Shown: positions 15,729 through 23,838 of the stretch, piece by piece | Layout of the letters: each line of letters opens with the position of its first letter | How positions within the stretch are numbered: position 1 is the stretch's first letter | NCBI RefSeq assembly: GCF_009604375.1 | Contig: NZ_WEGH01000002.1 | Location: 364,073-396,072, forward strand | From: Actinomadura macrotermitis | GTDB lineage: Bacteria > Actinomycetota > Actinomycetes > Streptosporangiales > Streptosporangiaceae | Length of the DNA: 32,000 bases | Direction: 5' to 3' | The notes under the pieces: generated by a model | Database searches by the model: none | The model's input: the letters and a program-made list of their open reading frames with translations, nothing else | Told to the model about the DNA's origin: nothing | Translations under genes and position numbers: made by a program

Positions 15729-16594
15729 CAGTAGGACTCCTTCGCGTTCACGCGGGCCGGCGCGTAACGCTCGCCCGGCCTGGGCCGGAAGTGCTCCCAC
15801 CGGGGCCGGTCGCCGTCGGGGCTGTCGCCGAGGACGACGACGCGCAGTCCCGTCCGGCGCTCGGCGTAGTCGTCGACGGCATAGTGCTGCGTGGCCCTGT
15901 TGTCCCAGATCGCCACGTCGCCGTCCCGCCACCGGTGGCGGCAGGTGAACTCCGGGGACGTGGAGAACTCGCAGAGGAACTGCAGGAGCGCGTCGCTCTC
16001 GTTGCGGCTGAGCTGCGCGATGTGCGAGGTGTGGGCCCGGTTGACGAACAGGGACCGCCGCCCGGTCTCCGGATGCACCCGGACGACGGGGTGCTCCGCC
16101 CTGCTGTCCAGCCCCGGAATGTGGATGGCGTGGATCGCGGTGAGGCCGTCGAGCAGCTCGCGCAGAGGCGCCGACAGGGCCTCGTACGCCAGGTACTGGT
16201 TCGACCACATGGTGTCGCCGCCCGTGCCGGGACTGCGCACGATCTGCAGGATGGAGCCGATGGGCGGGTTCGGCGAGTAGGTCATGTCGGTGTGCCAGAT
16301 CGGGATCTTGCCGTCCTGCTCCGAGTCGATGATCTGAATCTCCGGATGCCCCTCCAGATGCGGCAGGTAGGGGTGGACCTCCAGTTCCCCGAAGCGCCGG
16401 CCGAACGCCACGCGCGACCCGGGCGGCCAGTCGTGCTGGCCCCGGATGAAGATCACCAGGTATCTCAGCAGCAGCCGGCGCAGCTCCGCGAACTCCTCAT
16501 CGGTGATCTCCGCGAGCCGCACGCCGCGGACCTCGGCGCCCAGCGCGCCCGACAGCGGCCGGACATCGAACGCCGTCGTCATTGACTCCGCCAT
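15728..16594 (-). CDS. TauD/TfdA-family Fe(II)/2-oxoglutarate-dependent dioxygenase
   Basis: HxD facial triad in [10 protein letters not shown] and the distal His in [11 protein letters not shown]. The N-terminus [19 protein letters not shown] is typical of the family. An alternative ATG exists at 16582. 288 aa. Confidence 0.88.
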   Translation of the reverse strand: MAESMTTAFDVRPLSGALGAEVRGVRLAEITDEEFAELRRLLLRYLVIFIRGQHDWPPGSRVAFGRRFGELEVHPYLPHLEGHPEIQIIDSEQDGKIPIWHTDMTYSPNPPIGSILQIVRSPGTGGDTMWSNQYLAYEALSAPLRELLDGLTAIHAIHIPGLDSRAEHPVVRVHPETGRRSLFVNRAHTSHIAQLSRNESDALLQFLCEFSTSPEFTCRHRWRDGDVAIWDNRATQHYAVDDYAERRTGLRVVVLGDSPDGDRPRWEHFRPRPGERYAPARVNAKESY

Positions 16595-16641
16595 CTCTCA
16601 CACTTCCGTTCTCATCGGTCAGCGGTACATCCGGGTCCGGC

Positions 16642-17931
16642 TCACTCCGGCGCGAGCGAGGGCATCGCCCTGCGATCGGGCAGCACGCCCAGCTGGAAGA
16701 GCCTGTCCAGCGGCCCGAGGCGGCGCATGCCGAGGCCCGACATGTTGTAGGTCGTCAGATAGCTGAGCCGCGCGCTCCTGGCCGTGCCGGACAGCAGCCG
16801 CCGGCCCAGCAGCCGGCCGCCGCGCGACGTGGAGGTCATCATGCGCGCGGCGTTGTGGCTCATCGCGTGGACGTCGCCGATCCTGCCCATCCGCTGGTCC
16901 TCGTAGCCGCGCAGCGCCCCGTCCACCGCCGCGCCGTCACCAAAGTCGATGCCGGAGAGCCGGGCGGCGAGCGCGTGCGCGTCGCCGATGGCCGTGTTCA
17001 TCCCCTGGGCGGCCAGGGGATGCACGCTGTGCGCGGCCTCACCGATCAGGGCGATGCCGGGCCGCGCCAGCGACGCGGCCACGTACCGCCAGACCTTCAG
17101 CAGCTGGCGGCGGTCCAGGCCGCCGGGGATCGCGGACGCGAGCGGGCCGAGCGCGGGCACCTGACCGACGAGTTCCGCGGTCCACCGCCGCAGCCGGTCC
17201 GCCCCACCTCCCCTCATCTCGTCCGCCGTCACCTGGACATAGACGCGTGTCGCCCCCTCCGGCAGCGGATAGACCATGACCAGCCCGCGGTCGGTGACAT
17301 AGGCGGACACCTCGCCGGCGACCGGCGGCGGGCACGGCAGCTCGAAGGTCAGGAGCCGGTGACCGTAGGCGACGGGCTCCGCCGCGATCCCCGCCGACCT
17401 GCGCAGCCGCGAGGACATGCCGTCCGCCGCCACGACGAGCCGCGCGCCGATGTCGCGCGTGGCGCCGCCCTCGGTGACCCGCACTCCGGCGACACGGCCG
17501 CCGGGGTCCCTGATGACGTCGTCCACCAGGACACCGCGCCGCCACCGCACCGTCGGGCCCAGCGACTCCCCGAGGCACTCCAGGATCGTCGTGTAGTGGT
17601 GGGACAGCATCCAGGACCGCTCGCCGCCGAGCGCCCCGAAGTCCATGGCCAGCAGTTCGGCGCCGTCCGCCCTCCTGGCGACGAGCCGGTCGATGCGGAC
17701 CGCCCGCCTGGCCTCCAGCGTGCGGAGCACGTCCCACCCCTGCAGGATGTCCAGCGAGCCGGGCTGGAGGACCTCGCCCTTCGCGATCGGGGGCTGCCGG
17801 CGCTTCTTGTCCAGCAGGACCACGTCCAGCCCGAGCCTGCCGAGGGCGTTGGCCGCCGCCAGGCCCGCGACGCCTGATCCGCAGATCACGACGTCGGCGT
17901 CCAGGGGTTGCGGCGCGTATCCCGTTGTCAT
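16642..17931 (-). CDS. FAD-dependent monooxygenase (group A), squalene-epoxidase-like signature; candidate terminal-olefin epoxidase
   Basis: Motifs: GxGxxG (VVICGSGVAGLAAA), AKGEVLQPGS (compare squalene epoxidase GELLQPGG), DG motif AADGMSSRLRR, and GD motif GEAAHSVHPLAAQGMNTAIGDA. ATGA overlap with the cyclase stop. 429 aa. Confidence 0.8.
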   Translation of the reverse strand: MTTGYAPQPLDADVVICGSGVAGLAAANALGRLGLDVVLLDKKRRQPPIAKGEVLQPGSLDILQGWDVLRTLEARRAVRIDRLVARRADGAELLAMDFGALGGERSWMLSHHYTTILECLGESLGPTVRWRRGVLVDDVIRDPGGRVAGVRVTEGGATRDIGARLVVAADGMSSRLRRSAGIAAEPVAYGHRLLTFELPCPPPVAGEVSAYVTDRGLVMVYPLPEGATRVYVQVTADEMRGGGADRLRRWTAELVGQVPALGPLASAIPGGLDRRQLLKVWRYVAASLARPGIALIGEAAHSVHPLAAQGMNTAIGDAHALAARLSGIDFGDGAAVDGALRGYEDQRMGRIGDVHAMSHNAARMMTSTSRGGRLLGRRLLSGTARSARLSYLTTYNMSGLGMRRLGPLDRLFQLGVLPDRRAMPSLAPE

Positions 17932-19655
17932 GACGCCCTCTGTTTCTCGAACGGGCCGTCCGCCGCCGCGGCCCGGTAGCTCCCGAGCGCCTTGAGGGCG
18001 AGCCCGTTGACGATCAGACCGTCCACGTAGTAGGCGAGATCGCGGATGTGCATGCAGACCGGGCTCGCCTTCCACAGGCCGTCGCTCTGCTGGGCGGAGA
18101 CGATCCATCCGGCCGCGCGCCGCAGGCGCGGGTCGTCCGCCGGTACGCCGCAGGCGAGCAGGCCCCGCAGGGCCCACGCGGTCTCCTCCACCGTCCCCGC
18201 CGAGGCGTCGTCGCCGGGCGTGCCGGTCTCACCCGGCCCCCACGACCCGTCCGCGAGCTGGGCGTCCAGCAGGGCCTCGCGGGCGCGCACGGCGACCGGG
18301 TGGCCGGCGAGCCCGGTACGGCCGAAGGCCACGAGCGCCATGGACGTCCCCGGAGTGAGCCCGCGGTACCAGAGGGCCTCATAGGTGCCGTCGGCACGCT
18401 GGTGGGCGAGCAGCCAGTCCAGCGCCTTGCCGATTCCCGGGTCCTGCCGGGAGGCGCCGCCGTCGAGCAGGACTTCGACGGACTGCGCGGTCACGTAGGG
18501 GCACGGGCCGTCGTTCGCGAGCGTGGTGTCGGGCACGAAGGTCCCCCACGAGCCCGTGCGGTCCTGCCGCGACTCCAGCCAGCGCAGCCCGCGCCGCAGG
18601 CTCTCCGCCCCGTCCTCCCCGCCGCCTTCCCGGCCGGCCGCCACGAGGGCGGACAGCACATTGGCGCTGTCGAGGATGTTCGGCCACCCCCGGGGCCCTT
18701 CCCAGCCCCAGCCGCCGGGGGGCGCGTCGAAGATCGCGAACGCCTCGTCCTGCTGGCAGCCGCGCAGCCACCGCCTCGCGCGCGCCAGCCGGGGGTCGGC
18801 GGCGAACCCGGCATCCGCCAGGCCGCGCGCGATGTAGGAACCGCCGATCAGATCGAGTCCCTGCATGATGTGCCAGGAGCCGTCCGCGTGCACGTTCGAC
18901 CGGAGGTAGCCGACGGCCTCGGAGATCAGGGCGTCCGGCGCGCCGGCGCAGCACAGGCCGATGCACACCACCGCGACCAGCCAGTTGTCCCCGCCGTAGC
19001 CGCCGCGATCGTTCTCGCCGCGTTCCACCTCCGCGAGCGCGCGGAGCCCGGCCGATCTGGCCGGCCGGCTCAGCAGGCGCTGGAAGCCCTTCGGCGGGCT
19101 GTGCCGCGCCTGGACGAACGCCATGGCGACGAAAGGCGCCACCCGGAAGGACAGCCGGGCACGCCAGAACCGCCGGGGGAGCATGAGCAGCTCCAGCGGG
19201 ATGCGCCGTGCCCCCCGGATGTCCCCGAGGCCCGCCAGCATGAGGAAGGTCGCGGCCATGTGGGCCATACCGGGATCGGTGAACGCCCGCATCCCACCCT
19301 GCCGGTCCAGCAGGTCCGTCGCGCGCCGCACCGGTTCCCGCGACGCCTGCGGATCCAGCAGGTGCAGGGCCGACGCCGCGACCACGGTCGGCACCGGCTG
19401 CGTGGGGGCTCCGGCGACCCCGCCCCACCCGCCGTCGGCGTTCTGGGCGCCCGCCAGCCACCGGACGCCCCGCTCGACCAGGTCGCGCGAGCGCTCGGGA
19501 TCGGCCAGGTGCAGGGCGACGACCGCGCCGGCCGTGCCCAGTACGGCGGTGGGCCGCCGGTTCGGCCAGGATCCGTCCGGGCGCTGCAGCGCGAACAGGG
19601 CCTCGGCGGCCCGCACGACCGAACCCTCGATCCGACTGTTCATGGTCGCGCACAT
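17928..19655 (-). CDS. squalene-hopene-cyclase-fold (alpha/alpha toroid) class II terpene cyclase-like protein, DxDD motif absent
   Basis: At least 5 QW-type repeats: ALQRPDGSW, WLAGAQNADGGWG, WLESRQDRTGSWG, WLLAHQRADGTY, WIVSAQQSDGLW. The C-terminal half is colinear with SHC. The position aligned to SHC YPDVDDTA reads WPNILDSA. Start 19655 was chosen for GAGGG at -9; the 19760 alternative would overlap ubiA by 70 nt. Confidence 0.8.
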   Translation of the reverse strand: MCATMNSRIEGSVVRAAEALFALQRPDGSWPNRRPTAVLGTAGAVVALHLADPERSRDLVERGVRWLAGAQNADGGWGGVAGAPTQPVPTVVAASALHLLDPQASREPVRRATDLLDRQGGMRAFTDPGMAHMAATFLMLAGLGDIRGARRIPLELLMLPRRFWRARLSFRVAPFVAMAFVQARHSPPKGFQRLLSRPARSAGLRALAEVERGENDRGGYGGDNWLVAVVCIGLCCAGAPDALISEAVGYLRSNVHADGSWHIMQGLDLIGGSYIARGLADAGFAADPRLARARRWLRGCQQDEAFAIFDAPPGGWGWEGPRGWPNILDSANVLSALVAAGREGGGEDGAESLRRGLRWLESRQDRTGSWGTFVPDTTLANDGPCPYVTAQSVEVLLDGGASRQDPGIGKALDWLLAHQRADGTYEALWYRGLTPGTSMALVAFGRTGLAGHPVAVRAREALLDAQLADGSWGPGETGTPGDDASAGTVEETAWALRGLLACGVPADDPRLRRAAGWIVSAQQSDGLWKASPVCMHIRDLAYYVDGLIVNGLALKALGSYRAAAADGPFEKQRAS

Positions 19656-19689
19656 GGGACCACCCTCGTCTTCCCTCGCTTCGTATCGG

Positions 19690-20754
19690 TCAACGCAGAC
19701 GCTCCGCCCGTGCCGGCGTGAACGACAGGACCGCCCCCGCGCCGTCCGGCCCGGCGGCACCGGGCGTGTGCGCGCGGTCGCCCGGCGGGAACTCGTGCGC
19801 GGAACGCATCGCCCGCTGGGTGCCGAGGGTGACCGCGAGCATCGGCAGGAGGAGCGCGATCGCCACCGGCAAGCCGAGGCCCGGCACGAGCAGAGCGTCC
19901 GCGAGCACGAGCCGTTCGGCGACGAGCACCTCGTGCGACCGCAGGGCGGCGCGCCACGGCGGGACGCGCCCGGGGACGAAGAGCACCCTGAACGCGTGGC
20001 AGCCGAGCGCCGCGGCGACCAGGGTCACGGCGAGCGACGTCCACCGGCCGCCCGGCACCACCAGGAGTCCCGCCACCGCCGCCGCGACGGCCACGCCGTA
20101 GAGCGCGACGGCGGCCCACGCCCCCGCCCGGACGCCGTGACGCACGGCGAAGGTGGCATAGCCGCCCTCGCGGTCCCCGGCGACGTCGCGCAGCGTCCCG
20201 ACCAGGTTCGAGGCGGCGTCGTGCGCCGAGAACACCAGCACGAACGGAAGCAGCCCGATCGGCGGCGCGGACGTGGCCATCATCGCGCCGAACAGGAGCG
20301 CGCCACCGGTGAGGGCGCCGCGCACGAGGTTGCCCCACAGTCCCCGCGCCTTGAAGAAGCCGTTGTAGGCGACCGCGCCTCCGATGCCGCCCGCCAAGAT
20401 CAGGAGCGTGCGCCAGTTGACGATCAGCGCGACCGCGCAGGCCCCCGCCGCGAGGATCACCCCGCAGGCGAGCGCGGTCGAGGGCCGCAACTGCCCCGAC
20501 GGGATGGGCCGCTGCGGTTTCCCGATCGCGTCGAGGTCGCGGTCGAGGTAGTCGCCCAGGTAGTGCGCCGCGATCCAGACCAGGGTCGGGACCAGCCACG
20601 CGACGAGCGGGCCCGCCGCCTGCCGCCCGCCGCCGGCGATCTCGCGGGTCAGGCTCTCGCCGGCCAGCCCCACCAGGCCGACGTACCAGAGGGTGTAGGG
20701 CCGCCATGTCCGCAGGTGGGCGGTGAGCGTCCTTCGGAACCGGTGGCCGCTCAT
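19690..20754 (-). CDS. UbiA-superfamily membrane prenyltransferase (ChlG/BchG/DGGGP-synthase-like Asp-rich motifs)
   Basis: First Asp-rich motif is HYLGDYLDRDLDAIGKPQRPIPSGQL and the second is LRDVAGDREGG. The protein has multiple hydrophobic TM segments. The ATG abuts the upstream TGA (TGAATG). 354 aa. Confidence 0.88.
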   Translation of the reverse strand: MSGHRFRRTLTAHLRTWRPYTLWYVGLVGLAGESLTREIAGGGRQAAGPLVAWLVPTLVWIAAHYLGDYLDRDLDAIGKPQRPIPSGQLRPSTALACGVILAAGACAVALIVNWRTLLILAGGIGGAVAYNGFFKARGLWGNLVRGALTGGALLFGAMMATSAPPIGLLPFVLVFSAHDAASNLVGTLRDVAGDREGGYATFAVRHGVRAGAWAAVALYGVAVAAAVAGLLVVPGGRWTSLAVTLVAAALGCHAFRVLFVPGRVPPWRAALRSHEVLVAERLVLADALLVPGLGLPVAIALLLPMLAVTLGTQRAMRSAHEFPPGDRAHTPGAAGPDGAGAVLSFTPARAERLR

Positions 20755-21789
20755 TCAGAACCGCCTCCGGGCCGCGTAGTCCGCGATCCCCGCCAGCGTG
20801 ACGACGCTCTCGCAGGCCGGAAGAGCCGTGAGGCGGTCCTTGGCCTGGCGGATCAGCCCGGCGGCGACCTCCCCGGCCGCCTCCCGGGCGCCCGTCGCCT
20901 CCAGGACCTCGCTCACCACGGCGTAGGACCTGTCCGCCGGCTGGTCTTCGTGGAAGGCACGCGCCAGCCTCTTGCGCTCGTCGGCGGAGGCGCGCTGGTA
21001 TCCCAGCAGGATCGGCAGGGTGGGGCGATGGTTGTGCAGATCGCTTTCCTGGGGCTTGCCGATGAGCGCGGACGTGCCGTCGAACGCCAGCAGGTCGTCA
21101 CGGATCTGGAAGGCGACGCCCAGGCGGCTCCCGAAGACGCCCAGCGCCTCGACCCACTCCTGCGGAGCGTCGCCGAGGATCGCACCCGCCCGGCAGGACG
21201 CCTCGAACAGCGCCCCCGTCTTCAGCCCGGCCATCGTCAGATACCGGTCGACCCCGCACTCCAGGTCGCCGACGAGCTCGGTCTCCATGAGCTGCCCGCG
21301 GCACACGCTCAGCCCGGCCTCGGCCGTGACGTTCACGAGCGCCACGACGGCGTCCGCCGGGACGTCCCCGGGCAGCGGGCCCGTCAGGGCCGCGAAGGTC
21401 TCCAGCAGCAGCCCGTCTCCGGCGACGATGGCGGACGCGAGGCCGAAGGCCGCCTGGACCGAGGGGCGGCCCCGGCGCATGTCGTCCTCGTCGATGATGT
21501 CGTCGTGGACCAGCGTCGCGACGTGCAGGTACTCCAGGGCGAGGGCCGGCCGGGCCAGGTCCTCGGGACGGCCGCCGACGCACCGTGCCGACTCGAGCAC
21601 CAGCAGCGGCCGGAGCAGCTTGCCCGCCGGCACCAGGGCGTACTCCGAGATGCGGTCCAGCAGGTTGTCGTGGCGGCCCTGCCAGAGCCCGAGCAGGTCG
21701 CGTTCCAGAAGGTCGCGGCCCTCCAGGAACGCGGCCGGGTCCGGCCGCCCGGCCGCTCGTAAGTGTGCGTCTTCGTCGATCGTGCTCAT
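20755..21789 (-). CDS. trans-polyprenyl diphosphate synthase (IspB/GGPPS-like)
   Basis: FARM LVHDDIIDEDDMRRG and SARM FQIRDDLLAFDG are present. ATGA overlap with the FAH-gene stop. 344 aa. Confidence 0.92.
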   Translation of the reverse strand: MSTIDEDAHLRAAGRPDPAAFLEGRDLLERDLLGLWQGRHDNLLDRISEYALVPAGKLLRPLLVLESARCVGGRPEDLARPALALEYLHVATLVHDDIIDEDDMRRGRPSVQAAFGLASAIVAGDGLLLETFAALTGPLPGDVPADAVVALVNVTAEAGLSVCRGQLMETELVGDLECGVDRYLTMAGLKTGALFEASCRAGAILGDAPQEWVEALGVFGSRLGVAFQIRDDLLAFDGTSALIGKPQESDLHNHRPTLPILLGYQRASADERKRLARAFHEDQPADRSYAVVSEVLEATGAREAAGEVAAGLIRQAKDRLTALPACESVVTLAGIADYAARRRF

Positions 21790-22610
21790 GGCGTGAACGA
21801 CCTTTCTCGTTCGCTTCCGGCGGCGTCCGGCTCCCGGGCCGCGCCGGACGGCTCGTCGATGGTGTTGCACAAGGCGCCGATGCCCTCGATCGCCACCTCG
21901 ACCCGGCTGCCCGGCGGCAGCGGACCGGAGCCCGCGGGGGTACCGGTGAGGATCACGTCCCCGGGCAGCAGCGTCATGTGCTCGCTGACCAGGGCGATGA
22001 CGTCGTGGACCGGGGTGCGCAGTTCCCGGGTGCTGCCGCGCTGCCGGATCGCGCCGTCCACGCTGCACGTGATCTCGGCGTCCGCCACGTCCAGGTCCGT
22101 CGCCAGCCAGGGCCCCAGGGGCGTGCAGCCGTCGAAGTGCTTGGCCCACACCAGGTCCCCGGCCGGAGCGCCGCCGTCCTGCGGGTGCGCGTACGCCGTG
22201 ATGTCGTTCGCGCACGTGTAGCCCGCCACGACCTCCTCCGCATGCGCCGGGAGGACCTTCTTGCAGCGCGTTCCGATCACGATGGCCAGTTCCGCCTCGT
22301 GCTTCAGCAGCCAGGGGCGCCCCGGATGGCCGATGGAGGTCCAGGGGCCGGTGAGCGATGACGGCGGCTTCAGGACGACGGCGGTGGAGGCGGGGTCCGC
22401 CGGGCGCCCGGTCCCGTGGTTGAGGGCGATGCAAACGACCTTGGTCGGCTCGGCGGGGGCCAGGACCGTGACCTCGCTGATCGGCCGCGCGGGACCGGAG
22501 CGCCGCACCCAGCGCCTGGTGTCCCGGTCGTAGTCGGCCGGGACGACGTGGTCGTCGTCGACGCGCCCGTATCCGCGCCGGCCACCGTCGGAATACCTGC
22601 AGACGAGCAT
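21786..22610 (-). CDS. fumarylacetoacetate hydrolase (FAH) family protein
   Basis: HEAELAIVIG metal-binding region, NDITA, and C-terminal LLPGDVILTGTPAG. ATG 22610 is preceded by GGAAGGAG-N5 and is preferred over 22625. 274 aa. Confidence 0.85.
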   Translation of the reverse strand: MLVCRYSDGGRRGYGRVDDDHVVPADYDRDTRRWVRRSGPARPISEVTVLAPAEPTKVVCIALNHGTGRPADPASTAVVLKPPSSLTGPWTSIGHPGRPWLLKHEAELAIVIGTRCKKVLPAHAEEVVAGYTCANDITAYAHPQDGGAPAGDLVWAKHFDGCTPLGPWLATDLDVADAEITCSVDGAIRQRGSTRELRTPVHDVIALVSEHMTLLPGDVILTGTPAGSGPLPPGSRVEVAIEGIGALCNTIDEPSGAAREPDAAGSERERSFTP

Positions 22611-22647
22611 GTGTGCTCCTTCCATGCGGACCGGGCAAGAGGCGGTC

Positions 22648-23829
22648 TCACCAGGTCACGGGCAGCTCCTCCAGGCGGAGCGTCACATGGCCGCCCCGCC
22701 AGCGCAGGCTCTCCGGCGGCACCGCCAGATCCAGGCGCGGGAAGCGGCGCAAAAGCGCCGAGAACGCGGTCTTCAACTCGGCCCGCGCCAGGGCGGCGCC
22801 GAGGCAGTGGTGCGCTCCGTGGCCGAACGCCAGGTGCGGGTTCGGCTCCCGGGCGATCTCGAAGCGGTCGCCGCCGGGGAAGACCTCGTCGTCACGGTTG
22901 GCGGAGTTGATCGATATCTGGACCAGGTCGCCCGCGCGCACGAGCCGCTCGCCCAGCCACACGTCCTCGGTGGCCTTCTGGACCCGGTTGAGGTCGATGA
23001 CCGGCTGGAAGCGGAGGAGCTCCTCGATCGCCGAGTCGATGAGGCCGGGGTCGGCGCGCAGCCTGCCCAGCTGGTCCGGGTTCCGCAGGAGCCTGGCCAG
23101 CCCGGCGCTGATCGCGGTCTGGGTCGTCTCGAGCCCGCCCGCCAGGAGGACGATCACGAGCAGGACGAGTTCCTCGTGGGTGAGCCGCTCCTCGTCGTCG
23201 TGGGCCTGGACCAGGGTGCTCAGCAGGTCGGTGCCCGGCCCCGTGCCCGCGCGTCTCGCCCGGACCGCCCGGTCGATGTAGGCGCCGAGTTCCAGGCCCG
23301 CCTGCCGGCCGGGTCCTTGCCCGTCCACCGTGGTGATGCGATCGCACCAGTCGCTGAGCATCTCGTGGTCGGCATGGGGGAAACCGAGCAGTTCGCAGAT
23401 GACGATGGACGGCAGCGGGGCGGCGAAATGCCGGACCAGGTCCGCGGGCGGCCCCTGCTCCTCCATGGAGTCGAGCAGCCGGCCGGCCACCCGCTGGATG
23501 CGCGGGCGCATGGCCTCGACCCGCCGGACGGTGAACGCCTTCGACACCAGGCCGCGCAGTTGCGCGTGCGGGCGGCCGTCCATGTTCACCGTCCGCACCG
23601 GGCTCGCCCCGTCCCCGCCATCGCGCGGTTCCGTGAGATCGCGGGTGAACCGGCCGCCCACCAGCACCGTCCGGACGTCCTCGTGGCGGGTCACCAGCCA
23701 GGCGGTCCGGCCGTCGGGCAGGCGGACCCGGGATGCGGGGCCCTGCCCGCGCAGCGCGTCGAACTCCGGGGGGAGCTCGCCCGCATAATCGGCGGAACTC
23801 GGATAATCGATGATGTAATCCCTAGGCAT
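22648..23829 (-). CDS. cytochrome P450 monooxygenase (first gene of the nine-gene operon)
   Basis: I-helix AGGLETT, ExxR (EELLR) and heme loop FGHGAHHCLGAALARAE. There is no RBS, and an AT-rich codon run follows the start. 393 aa. Confidence 0.92.
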   Translation of the reverse strand: MPRDYIIDYPSSADYAGELPPEFDALRGQGPASRVRLPDGRTAWLVTRHEDVRTVLVGGRFTRDLTEPRDGGDGASPVRTVNMDGRPHAQLRGLVSKAFTVRRVEAMRPRIQRVAGRLLDSMEEQGPPADLVRHFAAPLPSIVICELLGFPHADHEMLSDWCDRITTVDGQGPGRQAGLELGAYIDRAVRARRAGTGPGTDLLSTLVQAHDDEERLTHEELVLLVIVLLAGGLETTQTAISAGLARLLRNPDQLGRLRADPGLIDSAIEELLRFQPVIDLNRVQKATEDVWLGERLVRAGDLVQISINSANRDDEVFPGGDRFEIAREPNPHLAFGHGAHHCLGAALARAELKTAFSALLRRFPRLDLAVPPESLRWRGGHVTLRLEELPVTW

Positions 23830-23838
23830 GATTCCGCA

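Noticed and set aside
16642-17931. The FAD monooxygenase could be the missing kynurenine 3-monooxygenase
   Set aside because: The region after the dinucleotide fold (KGEVLQPGS) resembles squalene epoxidase and aromatic-polyketide hydroxylases rather than the KMO pattern I recall. The gene is ATGA-coupled to the cyclase. This was not tested.
19656-19760. Longer start (19760) for the cyclase
   Set aside because: It would overlap the UbiA gene by 70 nt and add an Arg-rich tail. ATG 19655 has a GAGGG RBS.
19123-21762. 879-aa ORF on the plus strand
   Set aside because: It is antisense to the cyclase, UbiA and prenyl-synthase genes, all of which carry clear family motifs. Its translation is low-complexity R/P/G/A/E sequence.
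21790-22638. Upstream part of the 627-aa ORF 20755..22638
   Set aside because: It overlaps the FAH-family gene in another frame. The prenyl-synthase homology begins at MSTIDED (ATG 21789).
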